A stretch of DNA of 64,000 bases from Octopus bimaculoides. Its lineage: Eukaryota. How positions within the stretch are numbered: the stretch's first letter is position 1; each line of letters starts with the position of its first letter. Under the pieces are notes generated by a model. That model was given only the letters and a program-made list of their open reading frames with translations, did not search any database and was not told the DNA's origin. The position numbers were made by a program, and so were the translations under genes. Location of the stretch: assembly GCF_001194135.2 (NCBI RefSeq), contig NC_068983.1, positions 143,394,227 to 143,458,226 on the forward strand, written 5' to 3'. Shown here piece after piece: positions 51,720-64,000 of this stretch.

Positions 51720-52800
51720 CAGTCGTTCTCATGCAAAACATCGTAGAGAGGATGGATAACAACCCCGACTTCAGTGCGACTGATCGATTTGGATCAATCG
51801 AAAGCTTTCGATTGGGTCGATTCTCAATGCAGTTAGTTTCAGTGCCGTTTTCAGAGGCTGAATCGCTTTAATGTACAGCAGCATCAACATGGTGGTCAAA
51901 CTAAAAAGCATCGGATTGAACATCGGATCAATTTTGAATCACAGTTTGTATGTGAAACACTACTACGAAAACTAGGTGTTAGGGGGATGCACTTTGTTCC
52001 TATTGGGACGTAGGAGAGCCGTGTTGGTATATACGGAAGACACCAATATAATGGTATCGGACACCACGGAAGTCGAGGTAGTTGGCACTAATCTAAAAGA
52101 TTAAGAGATTTTGAAGGAAGCAAGAGTTAACTAAGCAAGCTGGAGAATTTGCAGCTCGGTGCCTGGGAGGGTAAATCCATCTTGGCGAAGCATCGTGAGG
52201 TACCACACCATGTTTGAATTTCTCTTTGGCTAGAATAGAACATCTACTTTTCTTGTGAAAGGGGGCACGTTTCACTGGTCGGACGAGTCATCTATTTCCA
52301 ACCCTCTCTGCGCAATCGGCTCGATATGCTCTGACTGATGGTACGTAGACATAAACTGAGGAATATGCAGAGATTCTACCTTGATGAGCAGGTGTGATCG
52401 ATTTGCAAATCTTTCCACAACTCATCTCTTGACGGAGCTGCAATCCTGGATCAGTGAAGGTAATGGTAATGTTACGAGGCGCTCAGAGCTCTAAAAGAAT
52501 ACGAGGTGGAAACAAAAGCAAAAATTAAGCAAGTTCGATACCTGGGAAGGAAATTCCTTGTTGGACAACGAGGTCAGTAGATCTTCCACATTAGCTTTCT
52601 ATAGATGATTGGTGGTAGGGAAGAGTAACTAAGTTCTCGCAGAAACTAAGTGTCTATTACATTGGTCTATAACGGAGGACTTTATTAGGCTATAGGGAAG
52701 AAAACTGCCGACTAAAATCTAAAGGTATGAAGGTGCCGACAGAGATACGCGAAGAGCGACAATGTAGTTCCACATTCATTTGTTCAGTATTCAACCGAAA
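51720..52800 (+). mobile_element. Decayed Tx1/L1-like LINE remnant
   Basis: LDQSKAFDWVD at 51789-51821 (L1/Tx1-type RT motif); later PCLNFSLARIEHLLF..KG, GLDML*LMVRRHKLR, EQV..FPQL.SLTELQSWI; heavily frameshifted. Confidence 0.6.
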
Positions 52801-53019
52801 CTGACTTGTGGAGTTATGTTGAACAACTGTTGTTGCATGTAGAACGGATTTGGATATCGGCCGCGATCATTGTGAAAATCGCTCTGCCACATTCATTCGG
52901 TAAGCAAGCGTCGGTAGTTTTCCTATTTAGTGGCTATGACGAAAGAAGTTGCATGTTGAACACGAATAGACATATAGAGGCAGATTAGGAGAAACGTTAG
53001 AACATCGGGAAAATGTTTT

Positions 53020-53820
53020 GCGAGCATTTGTGTTCTGAATTCAAATCCCACTGCGATTAATTTTACCTTTTATCCCTACAAAGTCGATAAAATAAAGTGC
53101 CAGTCAATTAATGGGGTTGATTTAATCGACTGATTCCTTCCCCTCAAAACTACAGGCCTTCTACTTAAATAAGAGACATTATTATTGCTGACGCTGGCAA
53201 AAACGTTAGTACGCCGGGCGAAATGCTTAGCGGTTTTTCGTTTGTCTTTACGTTCTGAGTTCAAATTCCGCCGAGGTCGACTTTGCCTTTCATCCTTTCG
53301 GGGTCTATAAATTACTGGGGTCGATCTAATTGACTGGCTCCCTCCACCAAAATTTCCGGCCTTGTGCCTAGAGTAGAAAAGATTATTGCTGACGGCGGCA
53401 GAATCGAGAAAGTGTCATGTAGTATTTAAGTTTGATATCTTCTTTATGTCCAGAGTTCAAATTCCAACCAGCTCGACTTTAGCTTTTCTTGTCAATAAAA
53501 ACAAGTTATCGTCAAGTATCGAGTTAACCAATTACATGTCCCCAACCCCACTTCCATAATAAAATCCACGGTTTTGTGCTTATGTTATTATACACCACTG
53601 AAAAGGCGGCGAGTATGACAGAAGAGTTAACTTGTCAAACAGAATGCTTCGCGGCGTTTCTTCTGAATCGTTACGTTCTGAGTTCAAGTTCTGCAGAGGT
53701 CGACTTTGCCTTTCGTCCCTTTCGGAGGTTGATAAATAGGTACCAGTTAAGACTTGGAGACGGTGTAAATCGACCAAACCCTTTCCCTCAAAACTGCTGC
53801 CCTTGTGCCAAACATTAAAA
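53020..53820 (+). mobile_element. Head-to-tail array of four family A SINE-like copies, CpGs mostly intact
   Basis: ttcaaat.cc core at ~53037, ~53257, ~53452 and ~53679, each followed by ttt.cttt..gataaa..gtacc..ggccttgtgcc-type tails. Confidence 0.8.
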
Positions 53821-54389
53821 AGAATTATATACTGCTGATATTTAACCAGTGATTTTAACAGCCGAGTATATTTAAATATTTGTCATATCCAGCTGGGCGT
53901 TGACCACAAGATGTTTGTGCAATTAAGCGCTTTATGGAAACTTGTAACCAGTTCAAAACGTAACTACATTTTATAACTTGAATTTTTCTACAAAGATGTT
54001 GAAGGGTTTAGAGCAAGAAGCTTTTTCAACTTTTGACTTCGAGCAACGACGGACGGATGGCACAATAATAAGAAAACCCACCTGCTCATAAATTTGCCAA
54101 ATTAATTAATCTTCTTTTACTTGTGTCTAGAGTAAATTGATTTCCTGTGGTTAATTGGGAGGAAATTAATATCATTAACTAAGAATGTATAAACTGAAAG
54201 AAAGAAATTTCATCAAAAATAATAAAGCAGAAAAAAACCTATTTAGGGGTGAAATTCCGGGCAAATTGCACAATTTTCATTTGGAGAAGTAAAAACATTC
54301 AATAAAAGCATAAATCTTAGATACTATCATAGTTACACTGCATGTATGCAAAATACACATATACAAACTCATACGCGTACACTCACATT

Positions 54390-54390
54390 A

Positions 54391-54421
<31 letters not shown>

Positions 54422-55077
54422 NNNNNNNNNNNNNNNNNNNNNNNNNNNNNNNNNNNNNNNNNNNNNNNNNNNNNNNNNNNNNNNNNNNNNNNNNNNNNNN
54501 NNNNNNNNNNNNNNNNNNNNNNNNNNNNNNNNNNNNNNNNNNNNNNNNNNNNNNNNNNNNNNNNNNNNNNNNNNNNNNNNNNNNNNNNNNNNNNNNNNNN
54601 NNNNNNNNNNNNNNNNNNNNNNNNNNNNNNNNNNNNNNNNNNNNNNNNNNNNNNNNNNNNNNNNNNNNNNNNNNNNNNNNNNNNNNNNNNNNNNNNNNNN
54701 NNNNNNNNNNNNNNNNNNNNNNNNNNNNNNNNNNNNNNNNNNNNNNNNNNNNNNNNNNNNNNNNNNNNNNNNNNNNNNNNNNNNNNNNNNNNNNNNNNNN
54801 NNNNNNNNNNNNNNNNNNNNNNNNNNNNNNNNNNNNNNNNNNNNNNNNNNNNNNNNNNNNNNNNNNNNNNNNNNNNNNNNNNNNNNNNNNNNNNNNNNNN
54901 NNNNNNNNNNNNNNNNNNNNNNNNNNNNNNNNNNNNNNNNNNNNNNNNNNNNNNNNNNNNNNNNNNNNNNNNNNNNNNNNNNNNNNNNNNNNNNNNNNNN
55001 NNNNNNNNNNNNNNNNNNNNNNNNNNNNNNNNNNNNNNNNNNNNNNNNNNNNNATATATATATATATATATATATAA
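54390..55077. repeat. (TA)n flanks around a ~630-N assembly gap
   Basis: Direct sequence; accounts for the X-rich ORFs. Confidence 0.95.
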
Positions 55078-58050
55078 TTTCACATGTAACTGGAGACAGT
55101 TTGCTAACTTGATCAAGGAATTGCCAAAGAAGCTACTTGACCTGCAAGGAATAGCAGTCAAATCTCCTTTAAACTCCACCCTACCATCTCAAATAAAGTT
55201 TAAAAAATACATTATACAGTGTAGTCCTACTACGCTTAATAAAGGGGAGATGGTTACGGCTGGAATGCCTTTGATCATAGGTGTGCTCGATCAAGAGTGA
55301 CGTGACTCGTGGCTAGTCAAATCAGCAAACCTTTCCGAACGAAGAAATGGAATCAGCGAAGCATGTCTGGTAGAAGACAGCCGAAAATGGACGTTATAAA
55401 TTTTGAAAGATCGTTAATTTTCAAAACCCATCAGTCAGGAATTAAATATTAGGAAAAAAAACAAAAAAAAAAAAGCTTTGAAAAACAATGGCCACCTTTT
55501 AGATCAATACCCTTGATACTCCAGCCTCTCCCTCCACCCACCCCTACATAAACTATTGATTTCTCACACAGGTTCACGATAAACAAAATTTTAAGAGAAG
55601 AGTATAGTTAGCAATATCGCCTCGAATACAAGCCGGAGATTTATTTTATCGATCCCAGAAGGGATAAAAGGTAATGCTAACTTCAGCAGGATTTGAACTC
55701 AATGACACATCGCAGCCTTTTATATCGCTTTAGTGGAATGAATATTTCGAATATTTTCTATAATTACTGTGGAGTGACTGTGAAAACATCAATATATTAT
55801 TTGAAATGTAACAAAAGAATTCTAATAATGGAGACAGTTAATATACCAAAAAAAAAAAGCGTAACTTTTTTTTTTTTTTTTGCCCAAAGCTTAAAAAGAA
55901 AATAAATTTCTTTCTTGGCGTAAAGTCTCAAATTTTTTTATAGCAATCAATGTGAATGACGTTATTGTTGGTTTTGTTTAACCATCGGTCAGCTCCGAAC
56001 GATGACATCAAAAGCATTCCAGCTTTTATCATCATGTTTTATTTTTGTGGGAAGGAATTCACATTCACCATGTTCCCCTTTTAAGATAGCTTGGGAGTGG
56101 GGGTCTACATTGTTTATTCTTGCATAATGCGAGAAATTTAATGCAAGTTATCAGATTAGAAAATTGAGGCTTAGTCGAGTGTAAAAAAAAGTCGGAGATA
56201 AAATAAAGACTTTTGTGTACCAAAACTAGGAATTGCATTACTTTCGAGATCGCATTGTAATCGAGTAAACGCGGTTCTTAAGCGAGATTTAGCTGCTATT
56301 TTTAGCAGGTTGCACGACTGCGTAGAAGCTTCCTCGTTTCATTAATTAGTGTTGCTTTGCCCAGGTCATCCTTGATCAAGTAAACCTATAATTAAAAATA
56401 TTCAAGCTGTGATCATGCAGTCTATTTGGGTAGTTGGAGGAGCACACTACCTATTACATTCTATCTTTATTTAAAATGGTTTCAGGGAGATTTAGCTGTT
56501 ATTTCTAGCAATTCAGGATGACGTTATAGACAACATGTTTGGAAACCGGCTCATGTATTTGGCTCTGTTGGACAATCATGTACGTTTGATCACTCGACGT
56601 CAATAAATATTTCATTATATACACAATAGACTGTGCTCACATGGTTGAATAAAAATTATCAAATTCAACTTTATAAACATTGGGTGAGTCGAAGCTACCC
56701 GGCACCTATAAAGGATTTTTTTTCTCCTTTTTTGTGTTTGTTTATAAAATCGGAATAAAAAAATGTTACGATTCTCTGTATGTGTGTGTGTGTGTGTGTG
56801 TTTGTAAATAAGTAATGGATTTGCCGATTTAAGACGAGACAATTACAAATATTAATGAGAAAGGGAATTTCTACCTAGTCGCTTGACATGATAAAGCTGC
56901 AAGCACTTCAGCTTCAAATTACAACCTGGGCTTTAGGAAAAGGGCACATTGGATAGTGTTGTCCAAGGTGCACTGTGCAGGTACAGTGTACTAAGTCAGG
57001 TTGACCATACCTAGAATGCCTTTGATCAGGTGTCTGTTTACTCAATAAGTTGGAGCGGGTATTAAATAGAGAGATTCGAAATAAAGATAAAGCACTTCTC
57101 TCTTCGCCTAACTCCAGAATATTTCTCTGAAAAACAATTATCTGTAGCGCTATGGGCAGTTTGTTCGGGGTCTCACCGGTGTAGGGGCCGAATTTTGATC
57201 TGTGTATGTTGTAGTTTGCTGTCAATAAATAATAACTATAGGCTCCAGTGCATTAAATTTACCCGAGGGCCAATGATGCTACTAAGACGGCTTTGGTTAT
57301 CTGTATTCGTTAAATAAAATTTCAGCAGCGTTAATACAAATAAATTTAACCTAGCTAACAGTTAAACTTTAACAACTACTTCCTAGAGATAATGAAATAT
57401 AATCCACAAGTGTCAGCAACTAGGCTAGTCGAGTCCGCAAACTTGCTTCGTCACCTGTTGAAGTCAAATTATTTCGTTTGCATTGTTAATGCTAACCTAT
57501 TTACTGTTTAAACTATAAACCTTATGCATTGTGCAGATATTAAAAAAATAATAACGAACAATGTGTGTAAACAAATTTAAAGAAAAGTATGGCAATCCTT
57601 CTCTCTTAAACGCCCTTTAATAGTTTCTAATAGAATTGGTTCATGTAATATTTCCCTTCATCCAATGTTTTCCTATTCTTCCTCCTCATGAAGTTATGAA
57701 CATCACAGCACAATATAATCTGCCTTACAAAATGTTTTGTGTTCGTGAAAAAGAATAGGTCCATTACAGTTCTATACACAGCTAAAAATATATTGTAGTG
57801 TCATCAAACTGAGCCGGTATTTTACTACGTTTATCAACCCCATAAGAATGGAAGATAAAATCGACCTTAGTAGGATTTGAACTCAGAACGAAGAGGGTTG
57901 CATCTATAAATAAACACCGCAGGTATTTTGTCCATTTCTCTCACATCAATAATCTACTGCCTATGATGTTTGGACAGTCGCGATATGGACATATCTCATG
58001 ACAACTGTTTCTAAAACATTAGAAGGGGCACTTTATCAACAGACAGAACG

Positions 58051-58232
58051 TTAACCCCATTAGTGCCCAAATTTTTTTTTTATTTATTACCAAAAATCTT
58101 TTTTTTATACAACTTTATCTGATATTAAATATATTAAAAAATTCTATTACAATATTTGAAAGACACTCCAGTCTTGATGACTAACGAAAGATATCTAAGA
58201 AAAAAAAAGGACCATGGGCGCTAATGGGTTAC
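58051..58232. mobile_element. piggyBac-type MITE
   Basis: TTAA|ccccattagtgcccaa ... tgggcgctaatggg|TTAC. Confidence 0.55.
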
Positions 58233-60409
58233 TGTTCTACCTGGAAATACTGATTTGTTACTTAAGCAGCCATGGTAATGCTGTGTTTAGGGTCTGTTCC
58301 AAAAATTGCTGAAAGAGGACACTAGTTTCCCCTTGGTGCAATGACATATTGAGAAAGTGTACATGCCTATATTTTAATTATTTACCGATTTCAACCTCCA
58401 CTATAGTCTTAGTATTCACTTTTTCTAAACTATATTCTTTTTCATTGAAATGACAATTTCAACACATACTTTCAGATGAACAAAAGAGAAGGAAATGGTT
58501 TTATGTGACATCTATACCTTTCTTTGTTATAAGCTACACAGGTAATATGGTTACCACCAAAAATCGAAACCAGAGTTTTCAGCTCGTCAGGCGATTAGTC
58601 GTTAATTTACAATTTCTTTTCCGTTATTAAAGAGAGAGAGAGAAGGAGGCAGAGACTATCAGGTTTATGCTTTTCTCAAAGCCATGTAAATAAAGTGAAG
58701 AGACTTTGTGTTGGTGGCTATGATAAATGTGATAAAAATAAATGACAGGATTGTCACAGGCTTTTGAAAAGTCAATCAACCAGCGTCGACACAGGGCTAA
58801 ACAACTACAACGGGACCGAATACAAAGAAATTGTAGGTGTTTCTGAAGCTATTTATAGAAACCATTTTCATAACTACTATCACTGTGGGCGAGTAACACA
58901 GGACATGAAAGGTTTTACTTAGTGACCACAGAGGAAGCATACCTAGGTGAGTGAGTTGCTATCAACAACACAACATCAGGTAAATGGAGAGACCAAATGT
59001 GAGATTGTCCACTAAACTGGTCAGTGTCATACTATTCCTGCATACCAGCAATAACTTCGCAGTTCAGAAAGGTAGTCCTTCACCCTCTCACTTTCTCGCC
59101 AGGTTTCATAAATAACGAAAATGTTCAACAAAAGAAAATATACGGCATGCTGTAATTGTGATATCTGTAAATGCGGTACGAGTATTTACAGTTATGCAGG
59201 AATAAAACATTCTCCCTTTAACCATCTCTCTCAAATACGTTTGGATTTACAAATGGGAGAGAAAGGAGGACTCAATATACACAATAAATGGTCCAGAAAT
59301 TCAATGGATCCGTTAAACATTAGGCCCATTACAGGGAATAGGAACAAGATTAAATTGCACTCATGCCTTTCTTATAAACAGAAATACAGTTTAAAATAAA
59401 GTTTCGTTACCCACTGAAGTATGAAATTTTGATTTCTAATAATGTGGGACTAAGTATAAATTGAACGTCTGTTTTTTTAACGTCCGCTTGATATAATTTC
59501 TCTACCTCCTTTAAATCCCTTGGTGGGCTGAAGATAAACTCTTGTTAAAAAAAAAATAATAGCCAATATAATAATTTATAAGGAACGATCCGAGAAGTAG
59601 TCGAGGGTGAACATGGTCGTTGTGACATGCATGCCTTTCTTTTAAGAGCGATGGTAAGTTATTGAAGGGAAATTGTTTCGCCCGGTGATCGAAACCGAGT
59701 TGCGGACATCGGTAAAATGAAACACGGTTACTATTATTATTGTATGTCTGTGTTGCCTTTGTCTTTGGGACAAATCAAAGAAAACATTTTCACAAAAAGA
59801 CTTCATTATTTGAAAGATTTTGTCGCAAGGATGAATATATATATTCATAATATGAATGGGTGTTTTCATAGGCGGAAACATTCGTGTGTGTACCTGCACA
59901 CACATATACACAAACACGTGCATATTATAATGAAACTCGCACAGAATTTATTATTTAGCATTTAGCAAGGCAGGTGGGACAAGAAAGAAAACAAAAGACG
60001 ATATACAGTGAAAAAACAGTCAAAATTATTATTCTCTATTATTTTAAACAAACGGTCTATCACAAACAGGTCAGTAGTGGATGGATGCGTGTCGGTTGTC
60101 ACCTCACCTTTTTTGTGAAAAGGGGGTTTTACCGTCAAATAAATGAATGGTTAGACGTATTTTTGAGTGAGGAGGGGTGACGAAATAAATAATACAACTA
60201 AAATAAATGATAAAAAAAGAGTAATATGGAAAAGAAATTTTCTTTAAAAAAAATGTGATAACTTACCAGCTGTAGGACAAAAATGACCATTATTGCCGTA
60301 TTGGTCGGCGATAAAGAACACCTTCCACTACCCATGATGATGTAAAGAGGAAAAAGGTAGATGGAAATATTAATAGCACTTTGCGACGGTCACACGACAG
60401 AGAAAAAAA

Positions 60410-60443
<34 letters not shown>

Positions 60444-62519
60444 TAATCAACAGCAACTTGTGGTGCTGTTGTTCGTTTAGTTGTATAAATAGTTTTTCTC
60501 CTTTCTTTTTTTTTTTCGTTCCTCAGCACAATATTTGGTTTACTGGTGCCACCAACTCAACAACATCATCGTAATTACTGTTGTTATTATTATTCTACTA
60601 TGTACATTGGAGAAACGAACAGCGGAACGTGTGTAACAAGTTGCCGCTGCCATATCACCACCAAGCTTCTCCTGCATCAGCCAAGTGTCAAGCAGGTTTT
60701 GCTCTCCTTTACTTTTTCTTTTCCTTTTCTTTATCTTGCACATTGACAACTAACATTAGCAAAAGCATAACGTTACACCGTATAACCTTCCGCCTAAAAC
60801 AAAAACAAAAAGTAGGTCTCGATTCTGAGGTAGTCTTTGTAATTTCTCGCATAATTATTTCTTTATTTTAACTTATATTTATATTTATTGTCTAGCAACC
60901 AATATATCTGCATATATATATTTTTTTACCCTGAGAATTCAGTTCAATAAATACTGTTTCAGAAGACAGGCGAACAGCCGTAGATCTTGTGGTACGCTAA
61001 AACCACGCAACAGGGTTTCGGATTCCTGTCATTGTCATCCAACTCACTTCATTTATGACACTCATACGCTTTGGAAATGCATGAACACCTCAACTTCTCT
61101 CCCACCAAAATACGACGTTTGGTACTTAGTAAATAAAAAACATCAATATTTTAGATAATAACAAATTTGATATGATTAACTTCAATTACATAGTGGGAAT
61201 CGAAGTACCTCAAATAGACAAGGAAATCTAAACTAATCTTCAGGTGACAAAATATAGAAATATTTTTCATGTCATTAAACTATAATACTTGGCTATACAT
61301 TTTATTACTATTTGTAGGATAAATGTGTGTATGTGTGTTCGCTAGCAGAAATATTCGTTTACTGATACACAAATACAAAACAAGTTGGTTGTTGACACAT
61401 TTATTACCCGTCCTGTATGGTGTGTTTCTACTACACATACATACTCTCAAGAGTAACCCTACCGGCGTATTAACACATAAATGAAACAGCCCAAAACATC
61501 CGCCCAGCAGAATTTGAACTTGAAACATAAGTTCAAATTCCGCCGAGGTCGACATTACATTTCCGCCCCACCAGATTGATAAAATCAGTGAGACTGATTA
61601 AATCCACTGTTTTTATTCTTGTGCCCATGTTAAAAATTATAACCATAAATTAAGTCTGAAGTGGCGACTGTAGGAGCATAGAGATAAACTCCCGGCATGT
61701 CAGGGTCGAGAATGCAGTTTCATTTCCCGGTTGAAGCTACTTCATATACTCTGCTGCTATGAGCCAACAGAGATGCTTCTACGTGATTGATTGTTCGACC
61801 GGCTTGACGGCAATCTTCTCATAATTGAAAGATCACCACTTAGAAACAGCAGCCAAATCTTCTCCAAATAAACCCTTACTGCACACATTAGATAATATAG
61901 TCTTTGATATACAAAAAAAAAATACGATGGTCAGTTACTGAAACGTCTTAGATCAAAGGTCTGTTAATCAGAGTCGACATGAGGTTAATCAATAATAACC
62001 TCAATACAGACGACGTTTGTACTAAGTCCAAAAGTAACTGTTATTATGTAAGTGAAAAATAAGAAAGAGAGAGAAAGTGAGAGAGTGTGTATTTATGTTT
62101 GACATGGATCGTTTTGTGGAAAATCAAAAGAACAGGGTCGACGTGCAATGAAACAGATGATGAAGAGTAACGTTTTGGGCAGTGCCCCTCGTCGGAGAAG
62201 AGAAAGAGATTATACGACGTGGCTTTATATCTAGTAGTAGTCTCTGAGGGTGACACAAGTTGTAATAGTAGTATCATTAACAGCGGTAGCACAGCAGCAG
62301 TTAAACCTCTCCAAAAACATGAAGACAATAGCGTGTCCCATTACAATTTTACTAAGGAAAATAATAATGAAGTGTAAAAAAGAAAACTTTTTTCTTAATA
62401 CGTTGTTTACGTGTCTGGACTACTTTTTGTATTGTCAGTGTATTTTGTATTGTCAACAGCATGGCCTGAAGGTGGGCAGGGATGTCAACTGATGAGAATT
62501 TAGGGTCAACGACAGCGTC

Positions 62520-63250
62520 TCAACGTGGTTGTTTGACATGGTAGACATAGCAGTCGAATTCTTTCAAATCACACCCTATTGTCTTCTACAAAAAGTAAAA
62601 ATCAAGTTAATCCAGTTTTACATACCCTTAAAGAAGCAGTATGTTGAAGGCCAAAATGCCTGGGATCAGCAGTCTACTTAATTAGTACTAATTTGGAGCG
62701 AAACAGCTTTAAAAATATTTAGCCAAAAAGAGGGCCTTAGCGAATTCATTCGACCTGCTAGAAATAGCTGCCAAATCTCCCTCAAATCATATTACTTTTA
62801 AAATACGCGATCAATGTGGTGCTAGATAAACAGCGTCACAAAACGTTTTGGATCAGAGACGGTAAGGGATCCTCTGCTCCCTCGGTCTGCTAGAAATGGC
62901 AACTCTTCCTCAGAGCACATCCAATCACAGTGAATAATGGGGTCCTAAATACAGTATATCTGATAAAAGAAAGACTGGACGGCTGCACGAAAAATCTATG
63001 TGTAGATCTAAATCAGAGCTGACTTGAGGTAAACAACAGAAACAATGTTTGTGATGTATTTCAATTTATAGAAATAACCCCACCAAATCTACCTCAAATA
63101 ATACCCAACCAAATAACCAAATATCTCTATCTAAAGGGTCAGACTAGATAATGTGGTTTGAATCAATAAGAGAGACTCTATGAAGCTCAGGATCTGTTTG
63201 AAATAGCAGCAAAATTTTCCTCAAATGAAGATTATTAGGAAAGACAGACT
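62520..63250 (+). mobile_element. Cluster of family C interspersed repeats (tagaaatagcagccaaatctccctcaaatc core)
   Basis: Core recurs at ~62760, ~62888, ~63198 and 61840; the same family is at 13480, 19660, 25470, 27450 and 55140, and inverted at 16840, 31015, 34355, 51570 and 56485. Confidence 0.65.
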
Positions 63251-63661
63251 TAAAAATAGACCTCAGTAATTAACTGGTACTTATTTATTTACCTCCAAAG
63301 GATAAAAGGCAAAGTTGACTGTAATAAGACATCATCGACATTTGCATCAATACATGGATGTAGATATGGTAGGGTGGTTAAGATGTTTGCTTTCCAACCA
63401 CATGGTTCCAGGCTAAGGCAAGTGTTTTCTACTATAGCCTCAGGTTGAAACAGACATTGTGTTTGGAATTGTATAGATGGGAACTGTTAGATTGACTATA
63501 CCTGGTCTTGGTGGCGGGTTAGAATTAATCCAGCACTTGGATTGTGACCATCATCTGACTCTGAAAGTCAAGTAACCTATCTAAGGGATTAAACCATTAG
63601 CTATAGCTAGTTCATTTTGTTCCTCATACTAGTATTAAATACCCTGCAAAAATAAAAGGTC

Positions 63662-64000
63662 ATCAAGCTGTTAGATCAGGTTATGAAAGTTACAGAGAGG
63701 GTCATAGCCCAACTAATTAGGGAGCGAATCAATTTAGATGAGATGCAGTTTGGGTTCGTGCCAGGTAAAAGCACTACTGATGCCTTATTTCTAGTGAGAC
63801 AGTTGCAAGAGAAATACCTAGCCAAGGATAAACCTCTGTACCTGGCTTTCGTTGACATGGAGAAAGCCTTTGACAGGGTCCCCCGATCCCTTATCTGGTG
63901 GTCAATGAGGAAACTTGGGATAGAAGAATGGCTAGTGAGAGCTGTGCGAGCCATGTACAGAGATGCGGCCAGTAAGGTGAGGGTTGGAAATGAGTACAGC
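63662..64000 (+). mobile_element. Young RTE LINE, open RT frame running off the window
   Basis: 113 uninterrupted codons IKLLDQVMKVTERVIAQLIRERINLDEMQFGFVPGKSTTDALFLVRQLQEKYLAKDKPLYLAFVDMEKAFDRVPRSLIWWSMRKLGIEEWLVRAVRAMYRDAASKVRVGNEYS; abrupt 5' truncation. Confidence 0.95.

Noticed and set aside
52093-52275. Minus-strand ORF resembling a CR1/L2 C-terminus
   Set aside because: The plus strand gives more consistent Tx1/L1-like motifs collinear with LDQSKAFD.
60590-60650. MYIGET as a GIY-YIG (Penelope) motif
   Set aside because: The expected downstream R..EH and flanking RT are absent; likely coincidental.

Overview
AT-rich animal genomic DNA with assembly gaps. It is very likely cephalopod (Octopus-like), inferred from the repeat families, RTE tails ending in (GAT)n and the microsatellite load. 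No long intact host CDS is visible, and almost all ORF-track entries are spurious or transposon remnants. Mobile elements recognised by translation: a decayed Gypsy pol (~4.7-6.45 kb, -), a DD37D (maT-type) Tc1/mariner (32.9-34.0 kb, -), two RTE lineages (many 3' fragments, a BovB-like copy at 42.2-44.4 kb, and an open young RT frame at the right edge), a Tx1/L1-like remnant (51.7-52.8 kb), a CR1-like tail, several MITEs and three abundant SINE-like families. The window splits in two. Positions ~1-31 kb are CpG-depleted, with SINE CpGs converted to CpA/TpG, as expected for a methylated gene body. Positions ~35-64 kb keep their CpGs. At the boundary is a CCAAT/E-box promoter-like or solo-LTR-like block (35.3-36.25 kb, -), followed downstream by a phase-compatible chain of small minus-strand exon candidates (start MDFFKFISCCRSRDRAAERG...). 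A second, clearer TATA/CCAAT/E-box promoter on + (50.5-50.7 kb) leads into a first exon packed with upstream ATGs. All host-gene models are manual, low-to-moderate confidence, and need RNA-seq.
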